From Hyalangium minutum (GTDB taxonomy: Bacteria > Myxococcota > Myxococcia > Myxococcales > Myxococcaceae), in the NCBI RefSeq assembly GCF_000737315.1, contig NZ_JMCB01000005.1:310001-374000 (forward strand): a stretch of DNA of 64,000 nt. The letters are read 5' to 3'. The position numbers and the translations under genes were made by a program. The notes under the pieces are model-generated. The model worked only from the letters and a program-made list of their open reading frames with translations, was not told the DNA's origin and searched no databases. This document shows, one piece after another, positions 1 through 10,025 of this stretch (position 1 is its first letter; each line of letters starts with the position of its first letter).

Positions 1-2613
1 GGTCACATCCGGGCGCGGCATGACGGGGGAGTTGGTGTCCTGCAGCAGCTCGGGCGGGGTGAGGGTGCTCGCCATGCGCGCCCCCGGGTGGAAGTGCTCC
101 ACCAGGGTGGGGATGTCCAGGCCCGCGCGGATGGCCTGGCGCACCCGGACGTCGTCATAGAGGGGCTCTCGCAGGTTCAAGCCCACGAAGGCGGTGGAGG
201 GCGTGGTGCTGGCGGTGACCTGGAACAGCTCCATGCCGGACGCTTGGGTCTGCTCGGCATGCAAGTACGAGACGAAGTCCAGCTCTCCTGCCCGGAGCTG
301 GTCCAGCGCCTCCTGCCGGGAGTCCGTCAGCCGGAACTCGAGCCGGTCCAGCAGGGGATGGCCCTCGCGGAAGTAGGTGGTGTTGCGCTCGAGGACGATG
401 CGCTCGGCCTCGAAGCGCTCCAGGCGGTAGGGGCCGGTGCCCTGCAGGTTGCCCATCGCGTCCACGCGGGCGATGGCCGTGGGGGTGAGCGCGAGCAGGT
501 GGAGGAAGAAGGCCTTGGGCTCCTTGAGGCGGATCTCCAGCGTCGCGTCGTCGATGATCTGGATGCCGTGCACCTCGCGCGTGGTGCCGGCGATGTAGTC
601 CGTCGCGCCCGCGATGTCCTCCAGCAGGGTGCGGTCCGGCGAGCGGACCTCCGGGTTCAGCAGGCGCTCGAAGTGGCGCTTCACGTCGTAGGCCGACAGC
701 TTCACCCCGTCATGGAAGGTGACACCGCGGCGCAGGAAGAAGCGGAAGATGCGCGCGGAGGGGTCCGCCTCCCACCGCTCGGCGAGGTCCGGGGCCAGCA
801 CGCCATCCTCCAGGCGCAGCAGGCCGATGAAGACGCAGGCGCAGAGCTCCGAGAGCTGGTTCTCCACGCAGAAGAGGGGATCCAGCGTCTGCCGCGAGCG
901 CAGCCCCGCGGACTGGTGGATGCCCACGCGCAGCAGGCCTCCCGCGCGGGGCTGGGGCAGGCGGAAGCGGAACACCTCCGCCTCCAGGTTCGACGTCTCG
1001 TGGCTGAGCTGATCCACGGTGCGGCTGAGCTCGTCGCCGATGCGGATGACGCGGCGGGCGTCCTCTCGCACGCGGGTGACTTCCTCGCGGATGGATTTCT
1101 CTCCGCCGGTGAGGACGCCGTGAGCCTTGCGGATGTCGTCGATGGCCGCCGTCAGGCGGACCACGGACTCGGAGAGCTGGTGGTTGGTGCGGGACTGGCC
1201 CTCCACCTTGTCCGTGGCATCGCGCGCCAGCCGTGCCATCTCTCCGGTCTGCCGGACGAGCTCGCGTGCATGGCCCACCTGCTCGATGGCGGCGCGGGTG
1301 ACGTCGTCCACCTGCAGGGCCACCCGGCGGCTGGCTTCCACGACGGTGGTGCCCTGCTGCTCCAGGCGCTTGGTCTCCTCGACCGTGGACTCCACGGCGG
1401 TGAAGGTGCGCTGGGTGATGTTGCGGATCTCCGCCAGCGCGGCCGCGGCCCGGTCTCCCAGCTGCACGCCCACGGTGGTCTGCTGGCGGCCCTCGCGCAC
1501 CAGGACCACGGCGGTGCCCACCGCCTCGCGCACGCCGGTGACCATGGTGGCGATCTCACGGGTGGAGCGAGCGGTGCGCTCGGCCAGCCCGCGAATCTCA
1601 TTGGCCACCACGCCGAAGGGGCGCCCGTGCTCACCGGCCTGCGCGGCGATGATGGAGGCGTTGAGCGCCAGCAGGTTCGTCTGGTCGGCGATGTCCTGGA
1701 TGACGTCGACGATGCGGCCGATCTCCGAGGAGCGCACCCCGAGCGAGTCAACGAGCGCGGCGGTTTTGCGCACCGTCTCCTCGACTTGGTACATGCCCTT
1801 GACGCTGTCGTTGACGAGCTCCTCGCCGCGCTTGGCGGTGTCCGTCACGGCGACGGCGAGCTGGTTCGTCTCACTGGCGCGGCGGCGCACGGCGTCGATG
1901 CCGCTGCCCACCAGGGAGACGAAGCTCTCGGCCTCGTTGGCGAAGCGGGCCAGCTCGTCGCCCGCCATGGCGATGTGGGCCAGGCGCTCGCTCATGGCCT
2001 GCACCAGCTCGCTGGTGTTGTGGGAGAACTCGTCGAGGATGGACAGGGCGCGGCCCACCTGCTGCAGTCGCTCGGTCATCTCCGCCAGCGCGCTCGTCGT
2101 CTCGTTGGCGAAGCTGTCCATCTGCTCCACGCGCTGGCCGGTGGCACCGAGGCTGTCGCCCATGCTGGACACGGCGTTCAGCGAGCGCTCCACCGCCGCG
2201 CCCTGGCGCCGGGCGGCCTCCAGGAGGATGCGCGCCTCGTCGGCGACGCTGGTGCTGGTGCGGTGCAGGTTCACGGTCACCCGCTGCACCTGGGAGATGG
2301 CGCGGCGCAGGGAGACGAGGAGGCGGTGCAGGTCATCGCGCCCCTCGAACTCGGCGCGGGTGGAGATGGCGAGGTCACCCTCGGCGAGGCGGGTGATGAT
2401 GCGGCGGCGGGTCTGCCCGCGGCGCCCGGCCCAGGAGAACCAGGTGAGCCACCCACCCAGCAGGTAGAGGCCTGGCGTCACCACGAGGATGAGCAGCCAC
2501 GAGCTCCAACCGCGTGGCTCTCCCGTGAAGACGCGCATCATCCCGCCGAGGACGATGGCGCTGATGAGTCCTCCGACGAGACCGAAGCCGAAGAGGTACC
2601 GTTTGGCTCCCAT
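1..2613 (-). CDS. Methyl-accepting chemotaxis protein fused to a C-terminal family-5 (peptide/nickel-type) solute-binding domain; 3' end runs off the window
   Basis: Absent from the ORF track because it is open at the window edge. Hand translation from ATG 2613 (GGAG upstream): two TM helices, HAMP-like segment, MCP signalling core [43 protein letters not shown], then SBP5 motifs [20 protein letters not shown] and GTGPYRL. Confidence 0.9.
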   Translation of the reverse strand, partial: MGAKRYLFGFGLVGGLISAIVLGGMMRVFTGEPRGWSSWLLILVVTPGLYLLGGWLTWFSWAGRRGQTRRRIITRLAEGDLAISTRAEFEGRDDLHRLLVSLRRAISQVQRVTVNLHRTSTSVADEARILLEAARRQGAAVERSLNAVSSMGDSLGATGQRVEQMDSFANETTSALAEMTERLQQVGRALSILDEFSHNTSELVQAMSERLAHIAMAGDELARFANEAESFVSLVGSGIDAVRRRASETNQLAVAVTDTAKRGEELVNDSVKGMYQVEETVRKTAALVDSLGVRSSEIGRIVDVIQDIADQTNLLALNASIIAAQAGEHGRPFGVVANEIRGLAERTARSTREIATMVTGVREAVGTAVVLVREGRQQTTVGVQLGDRAAAALAEIRNITQRTFTAVESTVEETKRLEQQGTTVVEASRRVALQVDDVTRAAIEQVGHARELVRQTGEMARLARDATDKVEGQSRTNHQLSESVVRLTAAIDDIRKAHGVLTGGEKSIREEVTRVREDARRVIRIGDELSRTVDQLSHETSNLEAEVFRFRLPQPRAGGLLRVGIHQSAGLRSRQTLDPLFCVENQLSELCACVFIGLLRLEDGVLAPDLAERWEADPSARIFRFFLRRGVTFHDGVKLSAYDVKRHFERLLNPEVRSPDRTLLEDIAGATDYIAGTTREVHGIQIIDDATLEIRLKEPKAFFLHLLALTPTAIARVDAMGNLQGTGPYRLERFEAERIVLERNTTYFREGHPLLDRLEFRLTDSRQEALDQLRAGELDFVSYLHAEQTQASGMELFQVTASTTPSTAFVGLNLREPLYDDVRVRQAIRAGLDIPTLVEHFHPGARMASTLTPPELLQDTNSPVMPRPDVT

Positions 2614-2686
2614 GAGCAGCCGCGAAGCTACTCCGCCTTTCCGCGCCGCACCTCAAAACCTTGCACTCCCTGGCGGGTGGAGGGCC

Positions 2687-3706
2687 TTGCTGGCGGTCCT
2701 GGCCTGGGTCCTACCTGCCACGTCCATTGGGCTGATGGGGGGAGGGTCCCCAGCACCCCAGGCTGAAGAGGACTCAGCACGTTACCTGTTTGCGTGGCGG
2801 GGAGTGCCGGTGGGGCGGGTGACGCTGACGCGGGCGCCGGGGCGCTTCACGTATGCATCGTTGCACCTGCATACGCGGGAGGGGCAGGTGGGAGCCCTCA
2901 CGCGGGAGGTGAAGCTGGCGGTGGATGGGCGGGGGAGGGTGGAGGGCTCGGCGGTGGTACCCCAGGCGCTCTGGCTGTGGAGAGGGCCGCCGGGGGTGGG
3001 GTGTGTGACGGCGCGGGAGGAGCTGACGGGGCGGGAGGGCCCGCACTGTGTCACGGCGGTGAGGGGGCGGGAGGTGGAGGGGACGATGCTGGGGACGGCC
3101 TTCCGGGCGAGGTACGGCGCGGCGGGGCAGCTCGAGGGGTTGGAGGTGGGGGACTCGCGCTTCACGGTGATGGCGCCCGGGGAGAAGCTCAGGCCTCCGC
3201 CGGAGCTCTTCTCCGAGGGGATTCCCGTGGAGGGGGCGCAGGGAGCGCTGGCCTTCACGCCGCCGTGGCCGGTGCCCGGGAAGCTGCCGGGGATGACGGC
3301 GTGGGAGGTGGGAGCGGCGCGGGCGCTGGCGAAGCGGGTGCATGCGGCCTTCCCGGAGAAGCGGCCGGGGGTGGCGGACTGGCGCGAGGGCGGCGAGGGC
3401 GAGGCGGGAGGGTGCCTGGCGCATGCGCTGCGCTTCGCGAAGGAGGCGGCGGCGCTGGGGCAGCAGGTGGGGATGGTGCACGGGCTGCTGGTGGTGGACG
3501 GAGGGCCGGCGCGTCCGCACGCGTGGGTTCGGGTGGCATTGGCGGACGGGAGCGTGCTGGAACTGGATCCCACCTCCTTGGATCCGGTGTTGCCGGAGAC
3601 GCACCTGCCGTTGGCGCTGGTGGATCCCCAGGGCTCCTCGCGTGAAGCGGGGGAGCGCTGGCTGGAGCTGCTGCGAGGAACCCGCCGCATCGTGCGGCGG
3701 CCCTGA
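2687..3706 (+). CDS. Secreted transglutaminase-like (papain-fold Cys-His-Asp) domain protein
   Basis: ORF 2489..3706; probable TTG start at 2687 after GGAGG with a signal-like N-terminus. C-terminal motifs GGCLAHA, PHAWVRV and ELDPT. Confidence 0.7.
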   Translation: MLAVLAWVLPATSIGLMGGGSPAPQAEEDSARYLFAWRGVPVGRVTLTRAPGRFTYASLHLHTREGQVGALTREVKLAVDGRGRVEGSAVVPQALWLWRGPPGVGCVTAREELTGREGPHCVTAVRGREVEGTMLGTAFRARYGAAGQLEGLEVGDSRFTVMAPGEKLRPPPELFSEGIPVEGAQGALAFTPPWPVPGKLPGMTAWEVGAARALAKRVHAAFPEKRPGVADWREGGEGEAGGCLAHALRFAKEAAALGQQVGMVHGLLVVDGGPARPHAWVRVALADGSVLELDPTSLDPVLPETHLPLALVDPQGSSREAGERWLELLRGTRRIVRRP

Positions 3707-3714
3707 GCCTCACC

Positions 3715-4740
3715 TCACTCGAAGGGAATGAGGGACAGCTTCGCTCCCGAGGAGGCGCCGAGTGCCTCTTTGGCCGCCCTCGGCAGGTAGAGGATCTGAT
3801 CCTCCACGCGGGCCTGGGTGCGCACGGAGCGGAAGCGGTTGCGGCCGGACTCGCGCTCGAGGCCCACGAGCACGTCATCGCCCTCCCGATCGAAGTCCTG
3901 GTCCGCCAGCTTGACCGTCCGGTAGCGCCGCACCAGTGAGAGGTCCGCCACCTCGGCCTCGAAGTGCGGCCCGCCGTCGAACGGATCGATGCGCTCCACA
4001 TACTTGAAGCCGATGCGCTCCAGCATGCGCTGCACGCCGCGCGTCTGAGGCCCCACCTCGCCCAGCACTTTCTGCACCCGCGTGGGGAACAGCGACGCGT
4101 AGATGTCCGAGGAGGGGAACAGCTCCTTGATGAACTCCTTGTTCTGCCGGCTGAGCCGATCCGCTTCCTGGTAGTTCAGGCCCGTGAACTTCCGGCCGCA
4201 CGCCTCCCACAGCAGGCTGCGTCCATCGGGCAGCAGGGGTGGGAGCAGCTCCGCCAGCACCCGAGGCCGGAACAGGCGCCGGTGCATGGCGATGAAGAGG
4301 AAGCGCACGTACGACAGCTGCTTGCCCGGCTTGTCCGCCGTGGCGCGGTAGGGTGGATCCACCACCAGCCCGCCCACCTCCGTGGGGCCCGCGTAGTTGT
4401 ACGCGATGGACAACACCTTGTGCCGCAGGTGCCGCTCCAGCGAGGCCGAGTAGTGCTCGCGCTCGCTCACCTCGTAATAGATGTGCGGGGCCTCGTACGT
4501 GCCGTGCTGGGCGATGATCATCGACGTGCCGATGATCGTCTCGTTCCGCAGGTCCTCGAGCACGAAGAGGTACTCGCGCTCCAGCGGGTCCTTCACCTTG
4601 CCGGCGAAGCTCTTCACGGACTTGTCGATGATGGCGGCCAGCGTCTCTTCGTTGTTGGGAAGATTGACGGTGTTCAGCACCGCCGCGAGCCTTTTGAGGC
4701 CCGCCAGATCGCTCTTCTGGACGTCTCGCAGCACGAGCAT
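3715..4740 (-). CDS. astA: Arginine N-succinyltransferase
   Basis: MLVLRDVQKSDL start; TEVGGLVVDPPYR, GKQLSYVRFLFIA, VLAELLPP, IDPFDGGPHFEA are AstA-family motifs. Confidence 0.9.
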   Translation of the reverse strand: MLVLRDVQKSDLAGLKRLAAVLNTVNLPNNEETLAAIIDKSVKSFAGKVKDPLEREYLFVLEDLRNETIIGTSMIIAQHGTYEAPHIYYEVSEREHYSASLERHLRHKVLSIAYNYAGPTEVGGLVVDPPYRATADKPGKQLSYVRFLFIAMHRRLFRPRVLAELLPPLLPDGRSLLWEACGRKFTGLNYQEADRLSRQNKEFIKELFPSSDIYASLFPTRVQKVLGEVGPQTRGVQRMLERIGFKYVERIDPFDGGPHFEAEVADLSLVRRYRTVKLADQDFDREGDDVLVGLERESGRNRFRSVRTQARVEDQILYLPRAAKEALGASSGAKLSLIPFE

Positions 4741-4919
4741 GGAGGTACCCAGGACGCCCTGCGGAACGAGGACGCCGAGGAAGGGTGGGGACCATACACC
4801 ACGCCTGCCCACAGTCAGCCTCTTGTCTGCACGCCTGAGCAGCCACTCGTCATGGCGCCCTGCGTCAAGGCGGGCCCTCGTCCCCTGGGCCGCCGGCCCT
4901 CGCAATCCCAGACACGAGC

Positions 4920-5013
4920 GAAACATGTCTCACACCCGCCGGGCCCCTGGCCGCTTGCACGCTCTGAGAGGGAGGGGCCGGGAACAATGGGGCATGGGAA
5001 TGAAACATGTTTC
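4920..5013. promoter_or_regulatory. Pair of palindromic operator-like boxes, GAAACATGTCTC (4920-4931) and GAAACATGTTTC (5002-5013)
   Basis: The second box is a perfect 12-bp palindrome and the first differs by one base. Both lie in the divergent astA / lyase intergenic region. Confidence 0.4.
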
Positions 5014-5066
5014 TCCGCTAGGGTTCGCAATCGTTGGCTACCCAACCCCCGCGAGGGACCACCGAA

Positions 5067-6038
5067 TTGCGACTCCTTCTTGTTTCGTTGGCGGTGTTGC
5101 TGGTGTCCGGCCCGGCCTCGGCGAGCGTCGTCTGGAGAGGAGACTTCGAGACGGGCGACCGCTCGCAGTACTCCACGTCCCAGATGGTGAGCGCGGATCG
5201 GCTGCAGGTGGTGACGTCTCCGGTGGCCGAGGGGCGCTATGCGCTCAAGGCCACCGTGAAGCAGGGCGACAACCCCATCAACGCCAGCGGCAACCGCAAC
5301 GAGGTGGTGCACTGGGGCAACGAGACCGAGGGCACGGAGTATTACTACCGCTGGAAGGTGATGTTCCCCACGGACTACCCCAGTGTCCGCACGTGGCAGC
5401 TCTTCACTCAGTGGCACCACGATGGGTGCTGCGGCTCGCCGCCGGTGGAGTTCTACGTCTACGGTGACGAACTGCGGCTCCGGCTCACGAACGGCGCGGA
5501 CGTGTGGACCGCGCCGCTGGTGCGAGGCGTGTGGAACGAGTTCGTCTTCCACGTGAAGTGGTCGTCGAACCCCGCGGTGGGCTTCATCGAGCTGTGGCAC
5601 AACCGCGAGAAGGCCTTGGCCAAGCGCAGCCTCGCGACGATGTATGCGGGGACGCAGAACTATCTGAAGCTGGGGCTGTACCGGAACAACACCATCACCC
5701 AGACCGGCGTCGTCTACCACGATGGATTCATCCAGGCGACGCAGCTCGCGGACGTGCTCCCGCCGCCGGAGACTCCGGATGCAGGCACTCCTCCAGTGGA
5801 TGCGGGCACGCCTGCTCCAGATTCCGGGGCGACGCCCTCCTCTCCCGCGCAGGAGCCCGGTTCGGGGAGTGGCCCGGCGCCTGAGAGCAACTCGGGCGAT
5901 GCCTCGGGGGGGGTGGACCGGGGCTCACAGACGGACGCCATGAGCGCGGGCTTTGGCTGCTCCGTGGCGGGGAGTCCGCTGGCGGTCATCTCCCTGGTGT
6001 CGCTGATCGGGGGCTTGAGCCTCCGTCGCAGGCGCTGA
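5067..6038 (+). CDS. Secreted polysaccharide-lyase-like protein with Pro-rich linker and MYXO-CTERM-like C-terminus
   Basis: Signal peptide, WRGDFETGD start, QLFTQWH, WNEFVFHVKWS...GFIELW and YLKLGLYR; ends GFGCS + hydrophobic stretch + RRRR. Probable TTG start at 5067 (ORF 5034). Confidence 0.75.
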   Translation: MRLLLVSLAVLLVSGPASASVVWRGDFETGDRSQYSTSQMVSADRLQVVTSPVAEGRYALKATVKQGDNPINASGNRNEVVHWGNETEGTEYYYRWKVMFPTDYPSVRTWQLFTQWHHDGCCGSPPVEFYVYGDELRLRLTNGADVWTAPLVRGVWNEFVFHVKWSSNPAVGFIELWHNREKALAKRSLATMYAGTQNYLKLGLYRNNTITQTGVVYHDGFIQATQLADVLPPPETPDAGTPPVDAGTPAPDSGATPSSPAQEPGSGSGPAPESNSGDASGGVDRGSQTDAMSAGFGCSVAGSPLAVISLVSLIGGLSLRRRR

Positions 6039-6099
6039 GCCACCCAGGCCCCGAGGTGCTGGAGACTCCCGCGGGGCGCGGCTAGGTTCGCTGCCTGCC

Positions 6100-7614
6100 A
6101 TGAGCCAGGAACGCAACGAGTCCGTGCCCCACATGAAGTCCGAGGAGTTCCGTCAGCTGGGCCACCAGATGGTGGACTGGATCGCGGACTACTGGGCCCG
6201 AATGGAGTCCTACCCGGTGCGCGCGAAGGTGGCGCCGGGAGAGGTGCTCTCGAAGCTGCCCCCGCATGCCCCCGAACAGGGGCTCGGCGGCGTGGAGGGC
6301 TGGGACGCCGTCTTCAAGGACCTGGAGTCCGTGGTGATGCCGGGCGTCACCCACTGGCAGTCGCCTTCGTTCTTCGCCTACTTCCCCGCGAACGCCTCGG
6401 GGCCCTCGGTGCTGGGAGAGCTGCTGTCGGCGGGGCTCGGGGTGCAGGGGATGCTCTGGTCCACGGGGCCGTCCTGCACCGAGCTGGAGACGCGCGTGCT
6501 GGATTGGCTGGCCGAGCTCATCGGGTTGCCGGAGTCCTTCCGCTCCATGTCTCCAGCGGGAGGCGGCGTCATCCAGGGCACCGCGAGCGAGGCCACGCTG
6601 GTGGCCATGGTGGCGGCCCGGTCTCGCGTGCGGCGCCAGCGTCCCGGGGATGCGCCGCTCGTGGCGTACTCCTCCACCCAGGCGCACTCGTCCGTGCTCA
6701 AGGCGGCCATGCTGTCAGGCGTGGCGCGGGGAGCGAGTGATACCGCGCACGTGCGCCTGCTGGAGACGGACGGCGGCTATGCGCTGCGCCCCGAGCTGCT
6801 GGAGCGCGCCATCACCGAGGACCTCGCCGCGGGCCGGCAGCCCTTCTTCGTCTGCGCCACGCTGGGGACCACCTCCTCGGGGGCGATGGATCCGCTCGGG
6901 CCGACCAGCGAGGTGATGAAGCGCACGGGCCTGACGGACATGGGGGGCTGGCTGCACGTGGACGCGGCGTGGGCGGGCTCGGCGCTCATCTGCCCGGAGA
7001 ACCAGGGGCTGGCAGCAGGCATCGAAAACGTGGACTCGATCGCCTTTGATCCACACAAGTGGATGCTGACCAACTTTGACTGCGACGCCTTCTACACGCG
7101 GGACCGGGCCGCGCTGGTCGAGGCGCTCAGCGTGACGCCGGAGTACCTGCGCAACGCGGCCAGCGCCAGCGGCTCGGTCATCGACTACCGCGATTGGCAG
7201 GTGGAGCTGGGCCGCCGGTTCCGGGCGCTGAAGCTGTGGTTCGTCGTGCGCCACTACGGCGTCAACGGCCTGCGGGCCTATATCCGCGAGCACGTGCGGC
7301 TGGCCGCGCTGTTCGAGTCCTGGGTGCGCGAGGACACGCGCTTCGAGCTGGCCGTGCCGCGCTCGCTCAGCCTCGTGTGCTTCCGCCTCGCGCCGCGCCC
7401 GGGAGAGGCGCCCGAGGCCACGGATGCGCGCAACCGTGCGCTGCTCGACAAGCTCAACGCCACGGGGAGCGCGTTCCTCTCGCACACGGTGCTACCGGGA
7501 GTGGGAGGCAAGCCCGCGCGCTTCGTGCTGCGCATGGCCATCGGTGCTCCAAGCACGCAGGAGACGCACGTGCGTGCGTGCTGGGAGGCGCTCCAGAAGC
7601 TCACTGGGGAGTGA
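6100..7614 (+). CDS. PLP-dependent (group II, aromatic-L-amino-acid-type) decarboxylase
   Basis: THWQSPSFFAYFP, WLHVDAAWAG, FDPHKW (PLP lysine), DYRDWQVELGRRFRALKLW. Confidence 0.92.
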   Translation: MSQERNESVPHMKSEEFRQLGHQMVDWIADYWARMESYPVRAKVAPGEVLSKLPPHAPEQGLGGVEGWDAVFKDLESVVMPGVTHWQSPSFFAYFPANASGPSVLGELLSAGLGVQGMLWSTGPSCTELETRVLDWLAELIGLPESFRSMSPAGGGVIQGTASEATLVAMVAARSRVRRQRPGDAPLVAYSSTQAHSSVLKAAMLSGVARGASDTAHVRLLETDGGYALRPELLERAITEDLAAGRQPFFVCATLGTTSSGAMDPLGPTSEVMKRTGLTDMGGWLHVDAAWAGSALICPENQGLAAGIENVDSIAFDPHKWMLTNFDCDAFYTRDRAALVEALSVTPEYLRNAASASGSVIDYRDWQVELGRRFRALKLWFVVRHYGVNGLRAYIREHVRLAALFESWVREDTRFELAVPRSLSLVCFRLAPRPGEAPEATDARNRALLDKLNATGSAFLSHTVLPGVGGKPARFVLRMAIGAPSTQETHVRACWEALQKLTGE

Positions 7615-7695
7615 CCGCCAAGGTCAGCGCACTCGCAGAGTCCCGCGAGGATGTGACCGTCCAAGAGGTGCCCCGTCCCTAGAGGGGCCTGCGGT

Positions 7696-8091
7696 CTACC
7701 AGTCGTCCGCCTTGGGACGGTTCTGGCCCATGGCGAAGGTGGTGTTGATGAAGGAGACCAGCGACATCTTCATGATCTCCTTCAGTTGCTCCTGCCCGGC
7801 GGCGGGGGCCGTCGTCTGGCCCTGGGTGGCGGTGGTGGCGGGAGTGCCCGCGCCCGGAACGCCGGACGACATGGCCTGCAGGTAGGGCGCGCCGAAGCCA
7901 GGGGCGCCGCCAGAGTTCGCCGAGATCGCCGAGGCCACGACGCTGGAGCCCGGCAGGCCCGCGCGGCCTGAGGTGGCCGTGCTCGCGCTTCCCTGCACGA
8001 GCGAGCCGAAGCGGGTGGCAGCGGTCTGGGTGGTGCGGTCCGTGCTGGTGGTGACGGGCATCCGCACGCCGCCCAGGGTGTTGATGTTCAT
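7696..8091 (-). CDS. Hypothetical 131-aa Thr/Ala/Gly-rich protein
   Basis: Strong GGAGGAG RBS and host-like codon usage; no recognised domain. Confidence 0.7.
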   Translation of the reverse strand: MNINTLGGVRMPVTTSTDRTTQTAATRFGSLVQGSASTATSGRAGLPGSSVVASAISANSGGAPGFGAPYLQAMSSGVPGAGTPATTATQGQTTAPAAGQEQLKEIMKMSLVSFINTTFAMGQNRPKADDW

Positions 8092-8239
8092 GGCTCCTCC
8101 GGAGACGGAACCCGGCCTGAATCCCAGATCGGCTTCCCTCCTTATTATCGGTCAGGAAGGGCCCAGAGTTGCGATCCTCTTTTTCCTAGGCATTTCAGGG
8201 GTTTGGGAGGAAGAGAGGCACGGTATAGGCTCGCGTCCC

Positions 8240-9571
8240 ATGGCAGCTCCCACCCCCGTGCCCCCCGTCATGACGAGCGGTTCGCAAGAAAAGGTCGCAC
8301 TCGTCCTGAGCTACCAGTACCCGGGCAAGTACGCCTTCACGGTGCTGGCGGGAGCCATCGAGTCCGATCCGGGGCTCGCGGACGTGCCCATCCACTACCC
8401 CCGGGATCGCGAGACGCTGCTGGCCACGCTGCTTCAGTGCGCGGACGAGGGCTACACGGTGGTGGGGGCATGGTCGTTCTACTCGGCGAGCTTCGGCGCG
8501 GCGGTGGCGGAGCTGGCGTGGGTGCACGAGCGGCTCGAAGGGCGGGAGGTGCTCTGTATCGCGGGCGGGGTGCACGCCACGGCGGAGACGGAGCAGACGC
8601 TGCGGGCGGGCTTCGATCTGGTGGCGGTGGGCGAGGGCGAGCACCTGCTGCGCGAGCTGCTGCACCGGCTGAAGCGCGGCGAGGATCCAAAGGGAACGCG
8701 AGGCATGGCGCGGCTGGAGGGCGGCCGTGTGGTGCAGAACGGGCGCGGAGAGGGCGTGGTGGACCTGGACGCCTTCCCGCCGTTCGCGGCGAAGCATGAG
8801 AAGTACGGAGCGATCGAGATCACCCGGGGCTGTATCTACGCGTGCCGGTTCTGCCAGACGCCGTTCATGAGCAAGGCGCGCTTCCGGCACCGGAGCGTGC
8901 GCAACGTGGCCGAGTGGGCGCGGGTGCTGCGGCAATCGGGGCGGAGGGACATCCGCTTCATCACGCCTACGTCGTTGTCCTACGGTACGGCGGACGAGTC
9001 CGTGAACTTGGCGGCGGTGGAGGAGTTGCTGGCGGCGCTCCGGGAGTCGATGGGGCCGGACGGGCGGATCTTCTTCGGCACGTTCCCCTCGGAGGTGCGG
9101 CCGGAGCACGTGACGCCGGAGTCGCTGGCGCTGCTGAAGCGGTACGTGGACAACGACAACCTGATCATCGGTGGGCAGTCAGGCTCCAACCGGATCCTCC
9201 AGAGCAGCCACCGCGGGCATGACACGGAGGCGGTGGTACGGGCGGTGCGCATCGCGGTGGAGGAGGGCTTCCTGCCGAATGTGGACTTCATCCTGGGGAT
9301 GCCGGGCGAGGAGCGGGAGGATGTGGACGCCACGCTCCAGCTGATGGAGCAGCTGTCGGAGCTGGGAGCGCGGGTCCACGGGCACACGTTCATGCCGCTG
9401 CCGGGGACTCCGTACCGGGATGCACCGGCAGGCCGGGTGGACGAAGAGACGCAGCGTCGGCTGGACCGGCTGGCCTCTCAGGGCCGGCTGTACGGGCACT
9501 GGAAGCAGCAGGCGACGCTGGCGGAGCAGATTGTCCAGCGAAGACAGCCACGCGCGCGCGGCCGCGCTTGA
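8240..9571 (+). CDS. B12-binding domain / radical SAM protein (TIGR04013-like)
   Basis: IAGGVHATA cobalamin-binding segment, EITRGCIYACRFCQT (CxxxCxxC), GGQSGS, VDFILGMPGE. Start inferred inside ORF 7973. Confidence 0.88.
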   Translation: MAAPTPVPPVMTSGSQEKVALVLSYQYPGKYAFTVLAGAIESDPGLADVPIHYPRDRETLLATLLQCADEGYTVVGAWSFYSASFGAAVAELAWVHERLEGREVLCIAGGVHATAETEQTLRAGFDLVAVGEGEHLLRELLHRLKRGEDPKGTRGMARLEGGRVVQNGRGEGVVDLDAFPPFAAKHEKYGAIEITRGCIYACRFCQTPFMSKARFRHRSVRNVAEWARVLRQSGRRDIRFITPTSLSYGTADESVNLAAVEELLAALRESMGPDGRIFFGTFPSEVRPEHVTPESLALLKRYVDNDNLIIGGQSGSNRILQSSHRGHDTEAVVRAVRIAVEEGFLPNVDFILGMPGEEREDVDATLQLMEQLSELGARVHGHTFMPLPGTPYRDAPAGRVDEETQRRLDRLASQGRLYGHWKQQATLAEQIVQRRQPRARGRA

Positions 9572-9581
9572 TTAGGATGGG

Positions 9582-9938
9582 ATGGCGATGGCGGACGAAG
9601 ACCAGTCACCTCCTTATTGGACGCTCATCTCGGTCCTGTTCAGCACGCAGCCGCTGACTCCGGCGCTGGCGATGACGCTGCACCAGACGGCGTATGACCT
9701 GTACCAGCGAGGCGACTCGGTGGGACAGGTGGCGGGCGATCTCATCTCGGGCAAGGTGCGGAGCCTCGGCAAGGATGTGGCCCTGGGCGGCATCACGGGC
9801 CCGGCCTTCGAGGCGGAGATCGACACGGAGCGGGGCTCGGGAGTCGTCCGGTTCCTGCTGACGCGGCAGGGACTGGAGCTGATGCAGGCCCAGCCGCCGC
9901 CACCGAGAGTGAAGTCCAAGCCCCCATTTCTGAACTGA
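9582..9938 (+). CDS. Hypothetical protein (118 aa)
   Basis: ORF 10 nt downstream of the radical SAM gene, host-like codons. Confidence 0.7.
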   Translation: MAMADEDQSPPYWTLISVLFSTQPLTPALAMTLHQTAYDLYQRGDSVGQVAGDLISGKVRSLGKDVALGGITGPAFEAEIDTERGSGVVRFLLTRQGLELMQAQPPPPRVKSKPPFLN

Positions 9939-10025
9939 GCGAGCGGGCCTGCGAGCCCTCGCTGCTGGAGGCCGTTCCGGTCGCACCTTTGAGGCAGCGT
10001 CGAGCGAGACCTCGGAGGAGCGAGC

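Noticed and set aside
88-2766. 892-aa plus-strand ORF
   Set aside because: Antisense shadow of the MCP-SBP gene; high GC suppresses stop codons and the product has no motifs.
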